DNA of 64,000 nt from the human T2T-CHM13v2.0 reference genome, Homo sapiens: assembly GCF_009914755.1 (NCBI RefSeq), contig NC_060928.1; one strand, written 5' to 3'. The notes below the pieces were generated by a model that was not told the origin of the DNA, did no database searches, and was given only the letters and a program-made list of their open reading frames with translations. Shown here one piece after another: positions 34,053 through 48,649 of the stretch; position 1 is the stretch's first letter, and every line of letters starts with the position of its first letter. The translations under genes were made by a program, and so were the position numbers.

Positions 34053-35414
34053 TAGTTGAATACGCAGAAATGCTATTCTGACTACCTCAAACAGAATTCT
34101 TTCTGATCCACAGATATCAAAGATTTATGAGACAAAATTTTAAAAGGAGTGAGAGGTGAAAAAGAGCTCTACTTTTACTATTAAATTAGCTGTCTGACCT
34201 TTGGCAAATACTTAACTTTCTGGATCTTAGCTTCTCCATCTAAAACCAGAAAGGAGGTTAGAGGAGATATGACTACAGAGCAACCCAGCTTATGGAAATT
34301 ATATATTATTGCTCTATAATCCTTAATCCATATATATTAGGACACTGTTTCAAAAATATTATTGAAGCCTTTCACCTCCTGATATGATGCAATAGGATGT
34401 TTATAAACTACCGCATAAAAAGCATAAGAAGTAGTCAAACCTGAACCTAATCAAGCATCTAAATTTTACCATTAGTTTACAGAAAATAAACATGATAGAA
34501 TAGGTTGAAAGATTGTATGAGGATGGAAACAGCCAAATCCTGAATATGGGAAATTCAATCAGACAAATGACCTAATCTCTACAACAAATAAATGTCAACA
34601 ACAAAAAAAAGGGAGACTCTGTTATATATTAAGAGAGACAAAGATATATCAATAAAATGAAATATGTGGACATAGTTTAGCTTCTAATTCAAAGAAACAA
34701 GTGTAAAAAACATTTTTTGGCAATAATTATAAAAATCTTAACACTCAATATTAGATATTAGATAAAAATGTTACAGGGTCATACATTTCCTTCACAATAA
34801 TTCTGGCTGAGAGAAGGGTAGAGTGTGTGTATATGTGAATGAGTATTACGGGGGGGAGGGGGAGGACTTGATAATGGTTGAAACTAGGTGTTGGGTTGTT
34901 GGGTTCATTATACAATTCTTTACTTTTGTGTATATTTGAACACTTTCAGAATAAATAATTTTAAAGTATGATTTTCAGTTCTGTTAAGTACATGTTACCT
35001 CATATATCACTAGTCCATGTTAAAGAAATGAAATTCTCAAAGCTAAGAACAAAATCTTAAGAAAACAAAAAGACAAAAAAAGTAGTCACGAATGGCCCAA
35101 TACAATTATCTAACAAATGATATGTTCTATATTTATTAAGAAAATAAACCACTGAAAGCATACATGCACTACAACTCCGTTTATATTAAGGTCAAAAAGA
35201 GGTTTATTTCGGATATACCGCTAGATAGCGTTAAAACTATAATAAACTCTGAAGACAAGCAAGGTAACAGATAACACAAAATTCAAGATAATGGTTTCCT
35301 CTGGGAAGCAGAGGAAATATATTCACAAAGGAACACAAGAGGCTTAAAAGATACCTTTATGTTATGTTTCTTAATTTGGATGCTGGGTATATATGTTCGT
35401 CTTATTACTCTTCT

Positions 35415-36170
35415 GTGGTATAATAAAAAATATATTTATTCTTTGTCCTTGGTTCCTGGAAGAAAGCTCCTAAAACCCTTGGAATTTCCTAATAGGAGGT
35501 GTCTTTTATACTTCATAATATATCCCTTTCAATTATGCCTGAGTTTATGTTAATGAGGTGACTCATAGCGGTTGGGAGATAGAGAGGGACCCTAGGTACC
35601 TTCAGGATGGAGGCTGGTTACCAGAAAAACCAACTAGGTGTTTACAGGATTAAAACTTTTAGCCCATCTCACTATCTCTGACAAGGGGAGAAGAACTGGA
35701 GACTGAGTTCAAATAAGTGACTAGTGATTAATGATTAATGAGTCATGTCTGATCATTGGAAGCTCAAGGGGCTTCCAAACACATTAATGTGCTGGGAGGG
35801 TGGCACAGAGAGGGCATGAAAGTTTTGCACCCTCTGTCCTCCATACCTTCCCCTATGTGTCTCTTCCATTTGGCTGTTCCCAAGTTGTATCCTTTACACA
35901 AAAACTGTAGTAGTAAATATAGTGCTTTCCTAAGTTCTGTGAGTCATTCTAGCAAATTATCAAACTTGGGGAGTAGGTCATGGGAATGCCCAAATATGGA
36001 GTCAGCCTGGAAGAAGTCCAAGTAGGTTGGGAATACCTGAGACTTGTGGCTGGCATCTGAAATGGAGGCAGTCCTGTGGGACTGAGCGCTTAACCTGTGG
36101 CAACTGTGCTAACTTCAGGCAATTAGTAACGAAATTGAATTGCATTGTAGGACATTCAGCTGGTGTCAGG
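35415..36170 (+). mobile_element. ERV LTR (MER21-like)
   Basis: TGTGGTATAATAAAAAATATA...AGCTCCTAAAACCCTTGGAATTTCCT...TTCTGTGAGTCATTCTAGCAAATTA...CAGCTGGTGTC. Confidence 0.7.
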
Positions 36171-37167
36171 GAATTGCTATTGGAATGATGTATCATTAAA
36201 TGGGCGGGTGGGTGTGTTTCATACATACTTTCTTTTCTCATAAATTATATATTTAATAGGAATAATTCAACTACTGTGAATTTAAAAATCAAACAAAAAA
36301 CTATGAAGTTGCACATACTTTTAACTTATGGGACAAGTCATTATTCATAGGTGTTAAGTCTCAAAACAGGCAGGATTGCCTGGATTTTCTCATTTGCAAT
36401 TTTATCTTTCAATCTAACAAGAATGGCTTCATTAATTTTTTACACAAAACATTATTAATCTAGGCATTTTCTGGCTTATTTCCCAATAACTTACTCAGAA
36501 TTTGGCACATCAAAAACTTCATTGCTGTTTACCTCAGTATTGAAACAAAAACAAATGAAAACTTATTCCCAAGTGGCATTGTAACGACCACTTGATTTTC
36601 CCCAAGTGAAGGCTTTAATAACTCAAAGGGGTTACAATTCATGCAAACGAAGAAAAGCTACAATGCTACTTTCATGCATAGGTATACTAAATATACATTT
36701 ACATAGTCTCAAAATAGTCCTTGTCTGAAATATTTGCTAAATAACAAGAATGCAACAACTTTTTGACCAAAAAAATGATCTTCTGCATTCCTTCCTAGGT
36801 AGAGCATTAATTTAAGTATATTTACCTAAAATTGGTTTCTTATAATTTTAAATGTAAGCTATTATTACTTAACAAATCAGCTTTTAATTATAAGCTTATT
36901 ATTTTAGCCTACAGAAAAATATTTATAAGGTCATTTTGTTTGAAATGTCACTGTCTTCATTTTTCTCATTATCTTCCTTCTGTTTGGTGAAATGATGTAA
37001 TAAACTGCTGCAAATTCTGTTTCTCACTCTACTGTTGGTTCATATTTGCAGATCATCATAGCTTAATTGATATAATGAACAAATGCCTCTTAAAAAACTT
37101 TTACTGGTCAGCAGAAATAAAAAACAAACCCTTCACAAACTACATTGATAATAGTCTGTGTCCCTAG

Positions 37168-37509
<342 letters not shown>

Positions 37510-38547
37510 AAAATATCTACTCTTTAACAATTATTAATTATCCATCCAGTAGAAAAAACTGAGGAAAATAAACCTGAGTAATATTTACCCAAGTCTCTTG
37601 TTTTTGAATTGCTTCTGTCATGGAGCAAGGAAGCACAGATTTTGATCACAAGAGATTTTGATTTTTCTAAATATCCTTGAATCTATCTAGAGAAATATGC
37701 TAAAGGTACAGTTCAGGAACAAAAAAAAAAAAAACAAAAAAACAAAAAACCAACACCCAATGGTCCCAATTCAATACTGCTTTTTAAAATTAAGCCTTCT
37801 TATCACACAACAAGTTATTTTTGTTATATGTTTTATCATTCTAACTCATATTCCCAAACTTTTCAGGATTTTACTTATCTATCAAAAAAATCCCAATTAT
37901 ATTCCTGTTCTTTCCAATCCCCCTAAAAAAAAAAAAAGCAGTATGTCTCATTCTCTTCTCTGCTGATAGGAGTGTAAAATGGATCACTCTATGAAGGGCA
38001 ACTGTAAATATCTATCATATTTGCAAACACATTTCCTCTTGGATCCAGCAATTCTTTTCAGAATCTGACAGTTACCCCTGCAAATGTAGAAATGACATGT
38101 ATTCACTGAAGAGTTGTTTCTAATATCTGAAGACTGGAAACAACGCCAAGTGTCCACCTACGCGTGATTTACTGTATAAACTGGAGTATATCTACAAAAT
38201 GGAGTATGTGACAGGAAAAAATAAGTTTAATTGAATACTGATAAGGAGGAATATCCAGAATATACAGTAAAACAGGAAAAAAAAAAACATGAACAATGCA
38301 GAAAATATTGAAGGAGAGACCGAGTGAAATAAGACTGTATATTCTCATCTGCTTGTATCTCTGCATGAAGACCGGAAGGATAAACAAGAAACTAATTTAA
38401 AATGATTACCCGTGAAGACTATTAGGAATGGTACTGGATAGGGACTAGGGAGGAAGTGTTTCTTGCTGCATTTCTTTTCATGTAGTTTGAGCCATGTAAA
38501 AGAAATATTTGCTAATCAAAAAACAGCTTTAAAAATCCAGTGGGAGA

Positions 38548-38852
38548 GGCTGGGTGCAGTGGCTCACCCCTGTAATCCCAGCACTTTGGGAGGCCCAAGT
38601 GGGTGGATCACCTGAGGTCAGGAGTTCGAGACCAGCCTGGCCAAAATGGTGAAACCCCGTCTTTGTATTTTTGAAAAATACAAAAATTAGCCTGGCATGG
38701 TGGCGGTCGCCTGTAATCCCAGCTACTCGGGAGGTTGTGGCAGGGGAATCGCTTGAACCAGGAGGCTGAGGTTGCAGTGAGCCGAGGTTGCGCCACTGCA
38801 CTCCAGCCTGGGCGAGAGAGTGAGACTCCGTCTCAAAAATTAAAAAAAAAAA
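38548..38852 (+). mobile_element. Alu
   Basis: sense Alu; TSD-like AAAAATCCAGT(G/T)GGAGA. Confidence 0.9.
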
Positions 38853-39449
38853 TCCAGTTGGAGAATCAAAAATTTTTAAAAATTTGACTGTGTAATCCTA
38901 CAAGAAGTAAGTAGCTTGAGAAAGAGAAATGCTGATAAAGTCGCATTAAGTTTCAGAGTTGAAATTCAAGCTTCTGTATCTAACATGTTTCCCTGTTTAA
39001 AGTAGAATTTAAAAAAAAACTATATATGACATATATATGTCAACCCAAAAAAATAAAGCAGTATATATTATATATATAAGAATATATATATATTCTCCTT
39101 TATATGTTTTTTGTTTCACATATATATATAAATATATATCTCAACCACAAAAAAATTTGGTTTGTGACAAAGATGCACTTATTTGCACGAACCTATCTTG
39201 TTAATGATCAAGAAATCTGCTTTGTTACAATCATTAGAGGACAGAAATATACATACATATTTAAATCTATTTAATGAAATGCAGTTTTATGTTAAAAATC
39301 AATGATCTGCTAACCTAAAGAGTCGCACAGGAATACTATGATTATTAAACACAATGCGATTCTCTAAATAAGTAAACACGTGCAATGATATCAAAGTTCA
39401 AAATTCTCTAATTCTTCCACAAAGACTATGAAAATCACCTTGGAGTGTA

Positions 39450-40300
39450 TGAACCAGCGTCCTGGCCCCGCCAGGTCGGGGCTGGGGCGGGCGCGGGCCG
39501 GGAGCGCTTACCCCGCGGCAGGAGCGATTCAGCGCCACTACCTGCTTCGCCTGGTTGTGGTGTGGCTGCTGCGCCAACCGAAAGGCCTCCTTAATCCGCA
39601 GCAGTCTCTTTTCGCTCCCATGGCTCTGGGACTCTGTCCGGACTAGCCCTGTCCGCGCTCGGCTACATCCGGCCCGCCCACCAGCTCAGAGGCAGAGTTC
39701 TCCGCGGTGTCTCCTAGGGTTTCTTGTCAGAGGGCCCCAGGCGCCTAGGGAGTCGTTACCGCCCTGGCATTCAAATAACTCCCGCGAGAGGCGGAAATCC
39801 CGCGAGACTGCCGACAGAGCGTAGGGAAGTGGAAAAGTGGAGCCTGCACCGCCCGCTCCCGGCACCCCCGGACACCGCCCCGGTCTCACGCATGCGCAGA
39901 GGGCCGATCCAGTTCTTTTCGGCTGGAATGGGGAATTTGTGAGGTAGGCCGGAAGTGGTGTTGCGGAGGGAAGTGTGGGGAGAGCAGAGGCGCAGCTCTG
40001 CTGGAGAGACCTGAGGCTTGCAGCGCTGGGCCCGGCCGGGTCGCTGCGGCTGGGCTGGAGGTGAGGCGAAAGAAGGGCATCCTCTGATGGGAGTGGACCG
40101 GAGTCCGCTAAAGCGAAGCATTCCAGGGTTCGTTGCGGGAAATACAGTCTGGTTTTGCCCCCCGTATGAATTGAGGGAAGGTGAGAGCAGAAGCAATCCG
40201 GGCCTGAAGGGCGATTATTCTAGGGTCGGCCGAGGGGTTCAGGCCAAAGTTCATTGAAATCCTAGCTGGGTCCCTGGAGGACGAGAAAACCGGTCAGGAG
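39450..40300. promoter_or_regulatory. CpG island / FAM200B promoter (probably bidirectional)
   Basis: CpG-rich; TCCCGCGAGA twice (39780, 39799), NRF1-type CGCATGCGCA (39888), ETS CCGGAAGTG (39949). Confidence 0.85.
39985..40060 (+). other. FAM200B: FAM200B non-coding exon 1 (start approximate)
   Basis: donor GGAG|GTGAGG at 40060/40061 just downstream of the promoter motifs. Confidence 0.6.
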
Positions 40301-43300
40301 TCTCCTGGGAAGAGGGTCATGTTTTAATCTAGCTAAAGCTGGTACCTGGCAGTTTCCACTCTTAAGGCCTAGTGTACTAACTAATGTGTGCGCAATGTCA
40401 AAACAGGAAACAAAGGGAAATGCAAGAGGTGGAAGGTAATTTTAAGTTAGTGGCAGTATGACAGATTTCCAGTGCCTTCAGGAAGGTATCCAGCCTTAAA
40501 GATCCTTTTTTTAAATAGACGATTTTAGACAGAAAAAAGGTAGAAACAAAACTATAACACATGTGTACTCACCACTGAATTGGAGAAATAAATGATTATA
40601 TAAGTGATTGAAGTCCTTTGTCAGCTCTACCCCGTCTCATTCTCTTTCCTTTTGCCTAAGGAAACCACTCTCCTAACCACCTTTATGCAATCTGTAATGT
40701 GTACATCTTTTTGCAGCTAGCTTGTTTTACATAATGTTTTTGAGATTTGTCAGTGTTGTGTAACTCCACCTTATTCATCTTAATAGCTGAACAGATATTC
40801 TGTTATTTTAATATGTCACTGTTCATTGTTTAGTATCTCCAGTGCCTGACATACTTTAGGCACTGTAGGTAGCTAAATGTTAGTTGAATGCATGGCTGCT
40901 GTAGCATTTGAACTAAGTAGAAAAGAATAAATAGGACTTCATGTGACCCAACAAGAGTATTCCAGGCAAAAGGAATACTAGCCAAAAGCAGAGACATGAA
41001 AGTGCATGAACTATTTCAAGAATTTCCATACTTTTAGTACTGAAATGTAGAATGTATGGAGATCATGTGATGAAGGAGAAACCTGGAAAGATGAGGCTTA
41101 AGCTTAAAGGATATTATCCTGAAGAGCTTACACAAGCTCGGCGCCATTAAATGCTTTTCCAGTTATGAGGAAGCTGATTAGAGCTGTATTTTCAGAAGAT
41201 GATACAGCGCACTAGAGATATATCTTAGGATATAAAAGATTAGTGACAGGGAATTTTAGACTATCAAGCATTGTAACAATAACAATCATTGCATTAAGCA
41301 AGTAAGACAACCAGCCAGACTAAAAATCCAAAAACATTTTCCTAGTCCATCATATTATCACATTCCTTAACAATTATTAATATTTCATATTTTCTTCTGA
41401 CAAACTTGCAACATTTTCTACTTCGGCCTCTTACTTAGATGATACCTCACATCCTATTGAGTTAAAAAAAAACTTCCCCATGCTTTCATCACCACATCTA
41501 CCAGACCTGTTCCCTAATATACTGCCACTGCTGTTACTATAGATGAACTGTCTGATTTAGGAGGGAGAGTAAACCCTTTAAAAATACCTTTTTAATACAA
41601 TAGTAACTGAACTAGTGTTACAAACTTTCAAGGGGGGATTGAAACGTGAATAGTAAGAATATGAAAGAATGGAATAGTTAAAAGACAATTGCTTCTAAGA
41701 GATAAATGATCCATATATAGTAATATAAAAATAAGATACTTTTTTAATGTATATTTCTTTTTTTCAGGTAGATTTAGGTTCTAAGCTTTAAAAGCTAAAT
41801 CTAAATTTACATGTATGTTTTTATAGGATCATTGTTTCTACTATTTCTTAACATAAGCAGTTTATTATGAAGTAGAATCTTTAACAATCCTGTTTTAAAT
41901 AATATGTTTTATTAGCCTTCATCTTACATATTTCCCAGTTGTCCAAATATAGTTGGATAACTTATTTGTTACTGACTGTGATAAAAATAGAGTGTACATT
42001 GTACAGTTTACTACAGGTGTCATTAATTTTCTCATTCTCTCATATGCATTGAGTAACTACCATACAGCAAGCACTATTCTAGGAACAGGTAGATAAGATT
42101 TATTAGTGGAAAATCACTTACCTAAAACCATATCATATAACCGTGTTAATGCACCTTGGTGTATGAGAAACTTTCAACTACAAATATTTGATTACCTTAA
42201 TTGCAATTCTTAAGGGAGGCTAAGTAGATGGATAGCTGAATAAAGTTATTACTTGGAAATGTTGCCATGTAGCCTCAGGAGCCAATTTCAGTGCACACAT
42301 CTTAAGCATCACTGTACACATTTATAGGTCTTTGGTGTTTTGGCCAGCAGAACCCACCTGGGTTATGGAATCACACTGGTGTACTTGATCGTGTTCGGGT
42401 ATGAACATGCTCTGATTTACATTGAGTACTAATTGAGCATGTCTATTTAAATTAAAGTTCCAGAATTTATGTTTAGGCCAGAACCTCAGGTTTGAACTTC
42501 TCCCCTAAAATTCCTCTGGCTTCTCATTAAAGCCGCTTTCGGAGATATAAGTAAAGAAAGTCAAACAAAAGACTTTGTAGCATGTTTTGTTTAACATGTT
42601 TTGTTTAGCACTGTTTTTCTTGAGCTATATATGATAAATATCTAGGGAGAGGTGGCAGAAGGACAAAATTGTAGTAGTTTGAGGTTTCTTGGGGGAAAGT
42701 TGAAGCATTAAAACATGTTAGCATCCTTATATGAACTTTTAACTATGGAAGGAAGAGTCAGTATTCCCTTTCAGGCAGCTGTTTATCTGGCTTAGACTGC
42801 CTCAAGGCTGTGTATTGCCCTTCAGCTTTTCTTATGCATTAGAAAGAGATCTAGATGCATTTGCCTTTAGCAGTGTAGTTCTGAATACATTGATGACCAC
42901 CCACTGTGCTGGGACATGCAAGAGGTATGTACCATAAACTCTTTAGTCCTGCTAATGTCCTCGACAGAGGACATAAAACCTCCTAAGAAAAGCTTTGTCT
43001 CTTTCCAGCCAAGGTTAACTATTTGTAACATGTCATCTTTCAAGGAAGCATCTAACCAAGATTAAGTCAAAGGCATCTACCAGGTCCTGAATTCTCTCCC
43101 AGATGCACACCTTTTAAGGTACAATCAGGTACCATATGTAATCTGTAGCTATTTAACCATCGTTAAAGCATTTAGGACTTTGATTTCCTAGAAGAAGTCA
43201 TGGTCTGCAAAATAATTGTATTAAAAGGTATAAAACCTGATCAGGAAAAAGAGTTTAGGGCCAAACTATACAACTTTGTAACTAGACCAATAACACAAAA

Positions 43301-43319
43301 TAATAGTGTTTTAAAATGT

Positions 43320-43810
43320 ACCCAGGATTTATTTTAATCAGATATGGTAAGATATGCAGATGTGAAAATGATTGTCATGAAAGAAGAAATTTTTATACTC
43401 ATGGATCCCTAGAAACAGGAAGCATGGCACCTTACACCATGCAAGGGTGCCATACCTAGAAGCAGCAGGGTCAATGGGGAGAGGAAGTACAAGGAAACTG
43501 CAGGAAAGCCTTTATTTGGTTTTCTGAGGAAGGAATGGGCAAAACTGGATAAGCAGGCTTGAACAGGTTTAAAATTGGCTAGTTGAAATAATTTTGGCCG
43601 ACTTCGGGCGTAGGGGATATCCCTAGTTGCCTGGTAGCTGGTCTGGAGTGATTAGGATAGGGCAATATTGGCCAGGAGTATAAGAACCCAAGATGTCTGT
43701 GTTGGGAGTTGGGGGATTCTGGATTGGTTAGTTTGCATAGGAATTAGCTAACCCTGGGAGAGGTAGTACCTCTCCAGTCATCAAGGACCCACCTAGATAC
43801 CAAATGATTA
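43320..43810. mobile_element. probable old ERV LTR fragment
   Basis: LTR-like composition (AAAGCCTTTATT..., AAATTGGCTAGTTGAAATAATTT); family not certain. Confidence 0.45.
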
Positions 43811-45084
43811 ACAATACAAAAATAAGAAAGTACAATTAATACAAACAGTCATAATAAAGATACAGTATTAACACAGTTAAGACGTGGAAATTTTAATAAA
43901 TAAACACTACAGTAAATGTAGGACTGCACCCCTCCCAAAAAATTTGAGATAATTTGATGGAAAGGTGTGTAAGGAAGGGTTGAAACTACTGTTATGGTCA
44001 TAAGACTGAAATATACTATGATCCAAGAGAGCAGTGCAGCACTACCAAGGCAGGCATGACCAAGATAGGTGCGGCCAAGCAAAAAGGAAGTATGTATGGT
44101 GAATAAGCTATACTCCTTCATGGCTTGCTGTATTCTGTTTTGTTAATATACTTTCCAAGTCCTGATGCCAACTTCTGGGTTTTACTGTCACTATTTTTCT
44201 ATTTACTAATCTCAGTTGAAGTGGTTTGCCTTACAGAAATAGGCCTAAGCCAATATAAGATAGTGATAAAGAGAGCTATAGACTGTTTGCCTCACCATCT
44301 ATGATCTTGGATATCATAAAGGCCCCCATAGCTGGCAGTAATACTACTTTGTACTGTGATGCTTTAATGTCTTATCTCTGGTCTTATTCCCAGGTCAAGG
44401 ATGCATTCCAGGAAAGTTCTATAAAAATATACCATCAACTCCAACCTGATATTTGACCTAGCCATGGAAAACCTCATTGGCTCCTCACTGGATCAGACCA
44501 TAAAAATGATCCAGGAATGAAAATCTAAGATAAATTCCCACCACTTCAAGATGTTCTTATACAAGTCAACAGTCTAGCAGATCAGCCAGTCTCTTTCATC
44601 ATCAAGCAGACATACTCAAGGTACCAACACAGCAAAGGCACAAAATGTCTCTATATCAGTATTTTTCATGGTATATGTGAGACCCATTAGTGAGGCATGA
44701 AATCAATTCTGTGAGTCACAATGAACATTTGTCTAAAAAACAAAATAAAATGTAAAATACCAAAGTGTTTTGCATGAATCCTTTGCCTGAATTGTGCACA
44801 TTGCAAGGAATGCTGAGGTCAATTTCAATATGCGAGAGGGGTATTTGATGGAGGAGATATGATGAATAGAATGTATATTGGCTAAGAAATGGTTTTCAGT
44901 CATTGATTCCTGGGTGTCTTGCTTGATTTTCATAATAGCACGGTTAATGTTCTATAGTCAAGTTTTATATTACAATTACTTGCAACTAGTTGTGAAGTCT
45001 GAAATATTCGATTCAATTGCAAACTTTGAGTGTAGTTTTTGAAAAGATGTTATTTAGACTGTATATTTTTTTCTTCTTTTTTGA

Positions 45085-47109
<2,025 letters not shown>

Positions 47110-47249
47110 TAAATAAAAATCTTACCTAGCTTTTGTCTTTGTATTTCTTATTTTGTAGTATTTTTCTATGTTATATTTAAATGGTACTATAATACTGTGA
47201 TACTTTTGTTATGTTTTAATTTTTGTTATATTTAATAAAATTATTTTAT

Positions 47250-47610
47250 GTTCATTGAACAAAAATTTAATGAATTTCTGTTAGAGGCCAGGAACTATTC
47301 TAGAGACATTTGGGATACAAAAGTGAACAAAACAGGTAATTCCCTAGTAGAGTTTATATCCTGGCAAGGAGAAATTGACAATAAACCTAATAAATAAGGT
47401 TTATAATATTTAGAAGCTATTAAGTGCTATGGAAAGAGTAGTAAGAAGGAAGGTCAGGGAAGTACTGGGGAACCAAACCATGAAGGGTTCTGTAGACCAT
47501 TATTGGGCCTCTGGCTTTTGTCAGTGGACTAGAGAACAGTTGAAGGGTTTAAGCGAAGGAGAGAAATGATCTGAGCTAGGTTTTAAAAGACACTCTGGTC
47601 ACTATTTTAA
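47250..47610 (-). mobile_element. L2 fragment(s) in the FAM200B 3' UTR
   Basis: TTCATTGAACAAAAATTTAATGA...ACTATTCTAGAGAC...AGTGAACAAAACAG. Confidence 0.65.
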
Positions 47611-47652
47611 ATTCTTAGGGTAAGTCTGAATTAAATGTTACTTTCCCCTCAC

Positions 47653-47942
47653 TGGGCATGGTGGCTCAGACCTGTAATCCCCGCACTTTGGCAGGCCATG
47701 GCAGAAGGCTCTGTTGAGCCCAGGAGTTCAAGACCATCCTGGGCAACATAGTGAGACCTTATTTCTACTAAAAATATTTTAAAAATAAGTCAGGTGTGGT
47801 GGTGCACACCTATAGTCCCAGCTACTCAGGAGGCTGTGGCAGGAGGGTCGCTTGACCTCAGGAGTTTGAAGTTGCAGTCATCTATGATTGCACCACTGCA
47901 GTCCAGCCTGAGCAACAGAGTGAAACCCTGTCTCGAGAAAAT
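47653..47942 (+). mobile_element. Alu (AluJ-like) in the FAM200B 3' UTR
   Basis: TSD AATTAAATGTTACTT(T)CCC at about 47629 and 47940. Confidence 0.9.
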
Positions 47943-48582
47943 TAAATGTTACTTCCCTAAAAAAACCTTTTCTAACCACCCTAGGGTAAATCCTCCATTA
48001 TTCCTTTATTTCTTTGTTTTCCTTGTATATAATTTGTAATAATTTTGATTACTGATTGTCATTCTGCCACCCTGGAGTATATAATTTTTAATTATCTGAT
48101 TACTGTTATTCTTCCATAGTAGGGGAGGTGATATCCATTTGCCTGATACATAGTATGTGTTCAATACACATTTGCTAAAGAATAAATGAATCAATAATAC
48201 CTAACATCTCTAATTTGCAGTCATTCCCAAGAGTAATTATTAAATATGTGGCAAATTTCTTTGCCTTTTTACTTTTAAAAATCTAATTTTGACATAACTG
48301 CTGTAACCATCCAGAAACGGCATTGATGTTGCTTCACGTTGCTGATGCTTAAGCAATGTATATTGTGTAATATACAATGTAGTCTTCAAACTAATTTCAA
48401 CTTCTGCCTTTCTGTGTACTCCCTTATCCCACTGGGTGATATTATTTGGCATGGTCATTGTCATTAAAATCATACAGGATAGTAATTCCTTTCCATCTGC
48501 TACCATGCCTAGCCTTATTTAATTTTTCAGATTTTCTGTTCTATTGAAGGTAATTGATTTTTTCTTTTTTTTTAATGCTTGA

Positions 48583-48588
48583 AATAAA
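48583..48588 (+). terminator. distal polyadenylation signal of FAM200B
   Basis: AATAAA preceded by a U-rich tract. Confidence 0.55.
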
Positions 48589-48649
48589 GTGTTGAAAAAC
48601 AATTCCCTGTGAATAGCTCATATTTCTGCACAGTCTGAATCCCGTTTGA

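Noticed and set aside
48585-48605. TTGAAAAACAATT as the right TIR of the FAM200B element
   Set aside because: Only a partial match, no matching 8-bp TSD, and element-like sequence appears to fade near 47.2 kb.
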